From Alphaproteobacteria bacterium (GTDB lineage Bacteria; Pseudomonadota; Alphaproteobacteria; Rickettsiales; UBA998), in assembly GCA_043765375.1 (NCBI GenBank), contig JAYUJH010000028.1:12332-76331 (forward strand): a stretch of 64,000 nt of DNA. Direction: 5' to 3'. Shown in pieces: positions 39,274-47,172 of this stretch (its first letter is position 1; each line of letters opens with the position of its first letter). Below the pieces are notes generated by a model. The model saw only the letters and a program-made list of their open reading frames with translations, ran no database searches and had not been told where the DNA came from. The position numbers and the translations under genes were made by a program.

Positions 39274-40722
39274 ATGAGTGATAGAGAAATTACGGTAGCA
39301 TTTGGTGATGGAATTGGCCCCGAAATCATGGACGCAACTTTGTTTGTGTTGAAAGAGGCGAAGGCACGCATCAGCATTGAAACGATAGAAATTGGGGCGG
39401 CATATTATTTGCGTGGCGTTTCAACAGGAATCCCGCCACATGTTTGGGATAGTTTGCGCCGAACTAAAATATTGCTAAAATCTCCAATCACCACGCCAAT
39501 GGGAGGAGGGTATAAATCCATCAATGTGACTTTGCGCAAAACTTTGGGGCTATATGCAAATGTGCGTCCTTGCCGTTCATTCCACCCATTTGTGCAGAGC
39601 ATTCACCCTATGATGGATTTGGTGATTATCCGTGAGAATGAGGAAGATTTATATGCTGGAATTGAATATCGCCATAATACTGATACTTACCACGCCCACA
39701 AGGTTATCACAGAATCTGGGTCAGAAAAAATCATTCGTTATGCGTTTGATTATGCCATTCAAAATGGTCGTCGCAAAGTGACGTGTATGTGCAAAGATAA
39801 CATAATGAAAATGTCTGATGGAGCGTTTCGTCGCATATTTGAGCGGGTCGCCAAGGAATACCCAACCATTGAAATTGAACATTATATTATTGACATTGGT
39901 TCGGCTCGCATCGCTTCTCGCCCCGCCATATTTGATGTGATTGTAACTGAGAACTTATACGGCGATATTATCTCAGATATTGCAGCGGAAGTTTCGGGTT
40001 CAGTTGGGTTGGCGGGCTCGGCTAATATTGGTGATGATTTCGCTATGTTTGAGGCAATTCACGGCTCTGCCCCTGATATTGCGGGCAAAGGAATTGCCAA
40101 TCCATCAGGGTTGCTTGCAGGTGCGGTGATGATGTTGGTGCATATTGGGCAAAATGAATTGGCAAGCACCATTCAAAATGCGTGGTTAAAAACGCTGGAA
40201 GACGGTATGCACACAGGCGATATTTATAACCGTGGAACAAGTGCTGCTAAAGTGGATACGATGGAGTTTGCACGGGCGGTTGTCAAAAATCTTGGCAAAG
40301 ATCCGTATAAGTTCAAGAAGGTAAAGTTTGATCCACTACCAGAAGGTTCAAAAAAACCAAGCGAAATGATTGAGCATATTAGGTGCGAAAAAACTATCAT
40401 CGGTGTTGATGTTTATGTTGGTCATGAGGGGCATTTGGACGAAATAGTTGATGAAATCGCATCGCTTGCAGGTGATGAGGCGCATTTGTTGCTAGTATCC
40501 GCCAAGGGTTTGAAGGTTTGGCCAGACGCAGAGGCGCAAGTTTCGTATAGCGATTGCTATCGTTGCCGCTTTATGGTAAAGCAAGAGGGTGGCACTTTGG
40601 AGGGGGCTTATGGCGCAAAACTTCATGCTCGTTTGGTTGAGGCGGGGATTGATGTGTTGCAAACCACCAATTTATATGATTTTTGCGGTGATTTGGGCTT
40701 CACCAAAAGCCAAGGTGAGTGA
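39274..40722 (+). CDS. icd: Isocitrate dehydrogenase (about 480-aa Rickettsia-type enzyme with C-terminal extension)
   Basis: Has ITVAFGDGIGPEIM, SINVTLRKTLGLYANVRP, ENLYGDIISD and HGSAPDIAGKGIANP. Confidence 0.92.
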   Translation: MSDREITVAFGDGIGPEIMDATLFVLKEAKARISIETIEIGAAYYLRGVSTGIPPHVWDSLRRTKILLKSPITTPMGGGYKSINVTLRKTLGLYANVRPCRSFHPFVQSIHPMMDLVIIRENEEDLYAGIEYRHNTDTYHAHKVITESGSEKIIRYAFDYAIQNGRRKVTCMCKDNIMKMSDGAFRRIFERVAKEYPTIEIEHYIIDIGSARIASRPAIFDVIVTENLYGDIISDIAAEVSGSVGLAGSANIGDDFAMFEAIHGSAPDIAGKGIANPSGLLAGAVMMLVHIGQNELASTIQNAWLKTLEDGMHTGDIYNRGTSAAKVDTMEFARAVVKNLGKDPYKFKKVKFDPLPEGSKKPSEMIEHIRCEKTIIGVDVYVGHEGHLDEIVDEIASLAGDEAHLLLVSAKGLKVWPDAEAQVSYSDCYRCRFMVKQEGGTLEGAYGAKLHARLVEAGIDVLQTTNLYDFCGDLGFTKSQGE

Positions 40723-40746
40723 TGGCTGTGGAGCGAGTTGCAAAAC

Positions 40747-40896
40747 TTAGAGCCCGTATTCACAGTTTTTGAAAACCGCCGAAACGTTTGTGTTTTTGAG
40801 AACCGCAGCGCAGTGTATATAGAAATACATGAGCAGCGGAAGCACAGAAAATCAAATGTTGCAGGCATTTTGAAAAGATGTGAATACGGGTTCTAA
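40747..40896. mobile_element. MITE-like 150-bp element with 18-nt terminal inverted repeats
   Basis: Left end is ttagagcccgtattcaca (40747..40764). The reverse complement of the right end (40879..40896) is ttagaacccgtattcaca, a 17/18 match, and the similarity continues imperfectly inward (gtttttgaaaa vs tcttttcaaaa). The element is non-coding and lies between icd and rpmE. Confidence 0.55.
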
Positions 40897-40987
40897 TAAT
40901 TTTGCTTGATATGTGCAGATATTTGAGATATTGATATTGTTTAATGCAAATAATAATGATGAAGATAATAATGATGGAGAAGAGTCA

Positions 40988-41224
40988 ATGAGAAAAAATA
41001 TTCACCCAAAATATCACGAAATCACGGTGGTGATGACTGATGGAACGAGCTTTAACACTCGCTCATCTTATGGCAAACCAAATGACAAAATCCAATTGGA
41101 CGTTGATATTGCCACTCACCCTGCTTGGAATGCTGGAAAATCCGTGTTGAAAAAAACTGGTGCAATGGACAAGTTCGCAGCGAAATTCGGTTCATTTGAC
41201 ATTTCTTCAAAGAAAAAAGCATAA
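40988..41224 (+). CDS. rpmE: 50S ribosomal protein L31
   Basis: Reads MRKNIHPKYHEITVVMTDG...HPAWNAG. Start trimmed to ATG 40988 behind GGAGAAG. Confidence 0.93.
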   Translation: MRKNIHPKYHEITVVMTDGTSFNTRSSYGKPNDKIQLDVDIATHPAWNAGKSVLKKTGAMDKFAAKFGSFDISSKKKA

Positions 41225-41411
41225 TATTTTTCAATTGATGTTGATTTTTAAGTTTTTGTTAAAGAAAATATAACTTATTTGCTGCATTGTGACTATAATA
41301 GCTTTTGAAATGTTGTTGCCCCTAGGGTAATAGAATTGAGAATAGCTATTAAAATCAAGGTTGCTCTTAGAAAATAGGTAATCCTTAACAAATGAGGCGG
41401 ATAAGCGATTT

Positions 41412-42113
41412 ATGGAAACATCAGTATTAATTGTAGAAGATGAAGCGGCAATAGTAACAATGTTGCGCTATAATCTTGAGCGTGAAGGCTTTAGGGTATA
41501 TTCCACAGGTGACGGCGAAGAGGCGGTGACCATGGTTAAGGAGTATCACCCTGACATTGTGGTGTTGGATTGGATGCTCCCTTCTATGACTGGAATTGAG
41601 GTTTGTAAGCAAATACGCTGGAATCAAGAAACGAAAAATACACCAATAATCATGCTCTCCGCCCGTGGTGAAGAAAGTGACCGCATACGTGGGTTAGATG
41701 TTGGTGCTGATGATTATATGGTTAAACCGTTTAGCCCGAGTGAGTTGGTTGCACGAATTAAGGCGGTGTTTCGTCGCATTCGTCCATCGCTTACTGAGCA
41801 TAAAATGGAATATGCGGGCATAAAGATGGATTTAGCAACCCATAAAATTAGTCGTAATGACCATGAAGTGCATTTAAGTCCAACTGAGTTTGGCTTGTTA
41901 CGATATTTGGTTGAACACCCTGCGCGAGTTTTTTCACGTGAACAATTGCTGGATTCCGTTTGGGGGCATGATATATACGTTGAGTTGCGCACAGTTGATG
42001 TGCATATTCGTCGCTTACGAAAAGCCTTGAATTATGATGGCAATCAAGTTGATATTATTCGCACAGTTCGTTCAGCTGGTTATGCAATTGAGGCACCAAG
42101 CGAACAACATTAA
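41412..42113 (+). CDS. phoB: OmpR-family response regulator, PhoB-like
   Basis: 233 aa. Receiver domain with the DWMLP motif typical of PhoB, and a winged-helix C-terminus (VDVHIRRLRKAL...IRTVRSAGY). No pst/phoU/phoR genes are adjacent. Confidence 0.7.
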   Translation: METSVLIVEDEAAIVTMLRYNLEREGFRVYSTGDGEEAVTMVKEYHPDIVVLDWMLPSMTGIEVCKQIRWNQETKNTPIIMLSARGEESDRIRGLDVGADDYMVKPFSPSELVARIKAVFRRIRPSLTEHKMEYAGIKMDLATHKISRNDHEVHLSPTEFGLLRYLVEHPARVFSREQLLDSVWGHDIYVELRTVDVHIRRLRKALNYDGNQVDIIRTVRSAGYAIEAPSEQH

Positions 42114-42178
42114 TTGAGTATTTTTATAGATTATTCACACACAATGATTTGAATAACAATAATGTGGATAAGGAAAAA

Positions 42179-43213
42179 TTATCTAGCTAGTTCTGTTGTT
42201 TGCGCTGTTTGAACCGCTTGAGTTAATCTCTGATGTTGAGCATCAATCGGACTGATTTGCGAACTAGTTTGAGCTGACGTAATCAATTTTCGTATATTAT
42301 CGGGACTTTCAAGTGAAGGGCTTGCAATCGCTGTTTGAATTGGCGGCGAACTCATTCCTGAAGTTGGCATTTCACTTTTTGGCATTACCGCCTGTGGCAC
42401 ATCACCTAATATTGCACCATCTTTTGTTGCAAGGCTTGGGAATTGTGCATTAATTTGTTGCATTGCTTGAGCTTCTAACTGTTTCCCATTCTCACCAAGC
42501 AATCCTTCTTCCGCCATTGCGTTGAGCTGTTGTTGCAACGTAGTCAAATCAACTTTTTTTTCATCAAACTGAATGTTTAACGTTGGTTGTTTTTGGCTAT
42601 CTTGTGATATAGTTATCACTGCATTCCCATCAACAAACTGCTCTATTCCACTCACGGCATTTTGCGCTGTTGCAATTTCAGTTGGCATCGCTTCCGAAAC
42701 TGGTTGCAACATATTCAATTCTTGACTCAATTCTGGCGTTGGCTCCCTGTTTAACATCGCCACATCTAATGGCAGCATGGCAGGCGGAGTTTCACCTTGC
42801 ATTGTGTTTGGCAGTTGCGTAGTTGTTGGGGCAGTTTCTCCCATTTGTGCAACTAAATCTGCGATGTTTGTTGGAGTCCCCTCAATTCCCGCACCTACTT
42901 CTGTTTTTTCCTTGTGTTCTAAGTGAATGTCAATAGTGTCTTTAGTCTTATAAGCTGCCTCAGCTTCAATCTCTATTTTGGCATCATTTTTGCCATCGCC
43001 ATTTAATGCTCGCTCAAGCATTTGCGCATCAGGATTTTCGCTAGTAACAGGTGAATTATTATAAGCCTGCTCTAATTTTTCAGCATCTGGTGGCTGCGCA
43101 AAATTAACCGTCATTTTTCCAGCTTCTATTGATACTGATGTCACTTGTTCAGGTGCCGCCTTAATCACTCTTTCAATTGCTTCAACAACTTCTAGTTCAA
43201 CCATATAATCCAC
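42179..43213 (-). CDS. Hypothetical acidic Gln/Pro/Thr/Ala-rich protein (344 aa), largely low-complexity
   Basis: Long clean ORF with no TM segment or signal peptide. Structured-looking ~45-aa N-terminus, then disordered composition. Confidence 0.5.
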   Translation of the reverse strand: MDYMVELEVVEAIERVIKAAPEQVTSVSIEAGKMTVNFAQPPDAEKLEQAYNNSPVTSENPDAQMLERALNGDGKNDAKIEIEAEAAYKTKDTIDIHLEHKEKTEVGAGIEGTPTNIADLVAQMGETAPTTTQLPNTMQGETPPAMLPLDVAMLNREPTPELSQELNMLQPVSEAMPTEIATAQNAVSGIEQFVDGNAVITISQDSQKQPTLNIQFDEKKVDLTTLQQQLNAMAEEGLLGENGKQLEAQAMQQINAQFPSLATKDGAILGDVPQAVMPKSEMPTSGMSSPPIQTAIASPSLESPDNIRKLITSAQTSSQISPIDAQHQRLTQAVQTAQTTELAR

Positions 43214-43225
43214 CCTTATCCTTAT

Positions 43226-43492
43226 TTAAGCTGTTTTTAATTTAATAATATTATCGTCTGAATTATCGGCTTCCAAGTTCATTTGCGTTGCTAGCAAAAT
43301 AACTTCGGCGAATTTGGGAGAGAATAATTTTGCCAAAACCATACGTTGAATTGCTTCACGAAACGATAATTTGCTCTCTATGCTAGCATTAAGATTCACC
43401 GTTATTGCGCTCATTCCACCATCTATCAATGGGTTGGTGCATAGCACAAGCCCGTCGCCTAATTGCTCTATATATTTATTTGGGTCAAACAT
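43226..43492 (-). CDS. Hypothetical small protein (88 aa)
   Basis: ORF lies 12 nt upstream of ORF 42179..43213 on the same strand. No motif recognised. Confidence 0.45.
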   Translation of the reverse strand: MFDPNKYIEQLGDGLVLCTNPLIDGGMSAITVNLNASIESKLSFREAIQRMVLAKLFSPKFAEVILLATQMNLEADNSDDNIIKLKTA

Positions 43493-43570
43493 TTCTTCCT
43501 CTATTCATGAATAAATAGCACATCAACATGACAATTTTATGAACGCAACCCTAAAAAAATCTCCAAAATC

Positions 43571-43600
43571 AAAAAACCCTAAACAAAAAAACCCTAAACA
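43571..43600. repeat. 15-nt tandem duplication (aaaaaaccctaaaca x2) overlapping the der stop codon
   Basis: Read directly. Confidence 0.75.
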
Positions 43601-45045
43601 TATGGATTTTTTGTGGTGCGCAGTAGCAACCGAATCGGCACACCCTCCAAGCCAAATGCGAGGCGAAGATTATTCACAAGGTAGCGCAAATATGAATCTG
43701 GCACTTCCTTCTCACTTTTATTGGCGAACAACACAAATGTCGGCGGGCGAGATTTGATTTGCGTGATATAGCGAAACTTCAACCGCCTGCCATTAACAAG
43801 CGGAGGAGAATGCTTCTCAATATTCGCCGCTAACCACTGATTAAGTTGATTAGTTGAGATGCGCTTATTCCAAATCACATATTGTCGCATGATTGCTTTC
43901 ATCAAATCGTCAATCCCCTCAGATTCGGTTGCTATCATCGGAATAACGGGGATTCCCTTCATTTGCGGCACAAGATGCGAAAGATGATAATCAAATGCTT
44001 TCATATATTCCGCATCTACATTAATCATATCCGCTTTATTCAGCACAATCACGCAGGCACGCCCTTCTTTCTCCACCAGCCCTGCTAGAGTATTATCCTG
44101 TTTTTCCAGCGGAATTGTCGCATCAAGCACCAGCACCACCACTTCCGCATATTTCAGTGCGCCAAGCGAGCTTTGCACTGACATTTGCTCAAGATCGTGA
44201 ATAATATTAGATTTGCGCCGCATTCCCGCAGTATCAATCAGTTTTAATGCTTGTCCATTCCAATTAAATGCAACCGCAACAGAATCACGGGTGATGCCCG
44301 CCTCTGCTCCAACTAGCACCCTATCTTCTTGCAATATCGCATTAATGATAGTTGATTTTCCTGCATTTGGCCTGCCCATAATCGCAATGCTGATTGGCTT
44401 TTCGCCTTGTTCAATGGTAAGATTTTCTTGTTCAGGGGGCAGATATGGCAATAACGCATCATAAAGCAAGCTAAGCCCTTCACCATGTTCAGCAGAAAAC
44501 GGCACAGCCTCGCCCAAACCAAGGCGCAACGCATCAAGCAAATTATCCTCAACTTTGCTCATCGCCTCCGCTTTATTACCAAGCAAGATTATTGGCTTGC
44601 CGACTTTGCGCACCACTCGCACAAAGCGTTCGTCTTCAGGCGTGACTCCGCTGCGCGCATCAAGCACAAATAACAAAATATCAGCCTCGCCTAGAGATTG
44701 CATTGCTTGCGCACTCATTCTCCCAGCCAAGCTGTCTTTGCCTAAATCATCAAGCCCGGGGGTATCAATAATAGTGAACTCCAGCGAGCCAATATTTCCT
44801 GTGCCATATTTTCTGTCACGAGTGACTCCCGCTTCATTATGGACGATTGCATCACGCTTGCCGCATAAACGATTATAAATAGTAGATTTACCAACATTTG
44901 GTCTGCCAATTATCGCAATTTTCAATTGTGGCGTGGCTGGGGGCAATATTTCTGAACCAATTTCTGTGAATGATGTTTCTTCATGGAACATTTCTGAACT
45001 TAGGGTTTCTAAACTTGGATTTTCTGATTGTTTGGGGGGGAGCAT
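43594..45045 (-). CDS. der: Ribosome biogenesis GTPase Der (EngA), two GTPase domains plus KH-like domain
   Basis: Has GRPNVGKST twice (IAIIGRPNVGKST, IAIMGRPNAGKST), DTPG/DTAG, NKAE/NKAD. The N-terminal ~40 aa extension makes the start uncertain. Confidence 0.93.
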   Translation of the reverse strand: MLPPKQSENPSLETLSSEMFHEETSFTEIGSEILPPATPQLKIAIIGRPNVGKSTIYNRLCGKRDAIVHNEAGVTRDRKYGTGNIGSLEFTIIDTPGLDDLGKDSLAGRMSAQAMQSLGEADILLFVLDARSGVTPEDERFVRVVRKVGKPIILLGNKAEAMSKVEDNLLDALRLGLGEAVPFSAEHGEGLSLLYDALLPYLPPEQENLTIEQGEKPISIAIMGRPNAGKSTIINAILQEDRVLVGAEAGITRDSVAVAFNWNGQALKLIDTAGMRRKSNIIHDLEQMSVQSSLGALKYAEVVVLVLDATIPLEKQDNTLAGLVEKEGRACVIVLNKADMINVDAEYMKAFDYHLSHLVPQMKGIPVIPMIATESEGIDDLMKAIMRQYVIWNKRISTNQLNQWLAANIEKHSPPLVNGRRLKFRYITQIKSRPPTFVLFANKSEKEVPDSYLRYLVNNLRLAFGLEGVPIRLLLRTTKNPYV

Positions 45046-45244
45046 GATTATTTCTCAATTTATTTTTTTGAAAATATTTATAAGGCCGTCTATTGCACTA
45101 AAAAAGGAAATTGCAATTGCGCACAGTCATTGCAATTGCGAGTAATATAGAGAGCAATATTATAAAAGCATTGGATATAATGTTGCCATTTACTGCCCTC
45201 TGCTTTTGCTTAACACTTTGTCTAACATATTCATCAAGCGGATA

Positions 45245-45565
45245 TCAAGCAAAAAATATTTTCAACAATATGCTGATGCTAAGGGTAATGTTTAGCCCCA
45301 TAGTCCATTTAATGAGATTAAGTTCGCCTTTTATACGTTCATCAAGCAATCCAATCTCACTTTTGAAGCTCTTTTCAAGCAATTTCATATCACTAGAGAG
45401 TTCGGACTTAAATCGCTCAACTTCTGGCTTGCTAACTAAATTGCTAAGGCTCTCTGCACGGCTTTCTTTGATTGCCTCAACTACAACTTCGGCTTGCTCT
45501 TCAGACATTCCTTTGGATTGAAGTTTCTTAACATAAAAATGCGTGTCAAATGTAGTTGTATTCAT
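45245..45565 (-). CDS. DUF1640 (CCDC90/MCUR1-like) coiled-coil protein with C-terminal TM helix
   Basis: 106 aa. Has FDTHFYVKKLQSKGMSEEQAEVVVEAIKE and a C-terminal hydrophobic segment. Paralog of 555..1001. Confidence 0.7.
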   Translation of the reverse strand: MNTTTFDTHFYVKKLQSKGMSEEQAEVVVEAIKESRAESLSNLVSKPEVERFKSELSSDMKLLEKSFKSEIGLLDERIKGELNLIKWTMGLNITLSISILLKIFFA

Positions 45566-45645
45566 AATATCAAAATATCACAAAAATTGTTAATAAGTCA
45601 ACGGGTTTATATGTTTATGTAATTCATATCGTCATTTCACTGATA

Positions 45646-47028
45646 TTATTTAACAATTAATAATTGCGCATCATTAGTGACAAGCAAAGCATTTTTGCCA
45701 CTAAAAGCTGGTGAAGCTGCGATGTTATAATCTAGTTCACGCACCCATAATTTTTTGCCACTAACTGGTGAAAATGCAAAAACCTCGCCTAATTGCGAGA
45801 GGGCAAGCAATTGACCATTCAACAAAAATGCACCGTAATATCTAACATTATTATTTTGCGCAAATTTGGAACTCCACGCCACCACTCCACGATATTTATG
45901 AATTGCCAACATTTCACCATGGTTGGTTATGGCGAATGCACCATCACCCGCTACCCACGGGTTGTGCGCAATTCCTGTTGCTAACTCCCAGATGCGTGCG
46001 CCACTTGTTGCATCATGTGCAATGGTTAAATCCTCCAAGTTGCCAGAAATCAGCAAATTATCATCTAAGATTGGGTTTGCATCAACTCCACTAAACAGCC
46101 TATTTGTTTTACCACTAGCATCAGTTTTTTGTAGAGAATCACTCCATAATAATTCGCCATTATCAGGATTTAAGCTGGATAAATCCCCCGATGGAAATGA
46201 TAAAATCAGCGCATTATCATTAATTGCAGGCAGAGATGTGCCAAACATTCCGCTATTTTGTGCCACTGAGCGATGTTGCCATAATGCTGCGCCGCTGCTT
46301 TTATCAAAACATAATAATTGGCTATCCGCCGTGACAACCAACAAATTATTGCCTCTCAATTTTAACGATGCTCTGATTGGTTCATTCAAGTTTTGTTGCC
46401 ATAATTTTTTACCATTTTTCACATTAATCGCAACTAAATCACCGTGTGAAGTGATAGCGAATATCACTCCCTCGCTAATTGCCAAGCCCCCTGTGATGAT
46501 ATCATCATCTGAGGCGATTGCATCATTTTGCCATAATATTTCAGTGAGAATTGAGCCTGTTATTTTGTGAGCAGAGATATATCCCCTGCCGTCCATCGCC
46601 ACCGCAATATCTCCCGCAATTATTGCACTTGGGGCAATGGCATGTTCGCCCCAGTCATATCCTTCACCGATTACGGCAGCGCTGGTGACATTGCTGAGGG
46701 TGCTGCCCTTGATATTTCCACTAAATTGTGCCATTTCGTGTGGCCATTCTGAAGTGATTACGGCATCAGGAATGATGTTGCTATCAAGTGCGCCACTTTC
46801 AATTTGCAATGTGGTGACATGTTGTTTTTCACCAATTATTTCAGTTTTTTGCGCTTTCAAATCTATGTCATCTGGGCTTTCATCGTCCAAATCTTTATCA
46901 TCACCAAGCCAATCAATTGGTGACCAGTTGATGCTAGGCAAACTGAGATTTGAGATACTATCGCACCCAAACATTTGCAAACACAACATCATTATCAATA
47001 ATATATTTTTAGCCTTTTTAACCCACAT
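45646..47028 (-). CDS. bamB: Outer membrane protein assembly factor BamB (PQQ-like beta-propeller lipoprotein)
   Basis: 460 aa. Lipobox LQMFGC, and repeated G.LVA....GK.LW propeller blades. In the typical bamB-der neighbourhood. Confidence 0.82.
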   Translation of the reverse strand: MWVKKAKNILLIMMLCLQMFGCDSISNLSLPSINWSPIDWLGDDKDLDDESPDDIDLKAQKTEIIGEKQHVTTLQIESGALDSNIIPDAVITSEWPHEMAQFSGNIKGSTLSNVTSAAVIGEGYDWGEHAIAPSAIIAGDIAVAMDGRGYISAHKITGSILTEILWQNDAIASDDDIITGGLAISEGVIFAITSHGDLVAINVKNGKKLWQQNLNEPIRASLKLRGNNLLVVTADSQLLCFDKSSGAALWQHRSVAQNSGMFGTSLPAINDNALILSFPSGDLSSLNPDNGELLWSDSLQKTDASGKTNRLFSGVDANPILDDNLLISGNLEDLTIAHDATSGARIWELATGIAHNPWVAGDGAFAITNHGEMLAIHKYRGVVAWSSKFAQNNNVRYYGAFLLNGQLLALSQLGEVFAFSPVSGKKLWVRELDYNIAASPAFSGKNALLVTNDAQLLIVK

Positions 47029-47172
47029 ACCAACATGATTAAACCTTTATTACGGTTTTTTCAAGCAATATCATTAATTAAAATTGACATATCATAACAC
47101 ATTATTATGGTAATTTGAAAATCATAAGCATTGCCACTTGATACATATATATATTAAAGCCAATCATTACTC

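Noticed and set aside
40623-40868. 81-aa minus-strand ORF between icd and rpmE
   Set aside because: It overlaps the icd 3' end and runs through the MITE-like element. It has no RBS and a composition typical of non-coding sequence.
42131-42171. Two consensus DnaA boxes (ttattcaca at 42131..42139 and tgtggataa at 42163..42171) in the phoB / orphan-gene convergent spacer, considered as a possible oriC
   Set aside because: There are only two boxes in a 65-bp spacer between convergent gene ends. There is no extended AT-rich unwinding region and none of the usual oriC-neighbour genes. In AT-rich DNA such 9-mers can arise by chance. They could at most be a DnaA titration or regulatory site.
43539-43757. 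72-aa plus-strand ORF (MNATLKKSPKSKNPKQKNPK...)
   Set aside because: It is generated by the 15-nt tandem repeat and then runs antisense into the der 3' end. It is not a credible gene.
45034-45040. G7 (C7 on the coding strand) run immediately after the annotated der start codon, considered as a translational phase-variation tract
   Set aside because: The run is short. The der N-terminal extension is probably not the true start (an internal Met exists before the first G domain), so slippage here need not affect the protein. An essential GTPase is an unlikely phase-variable gene.
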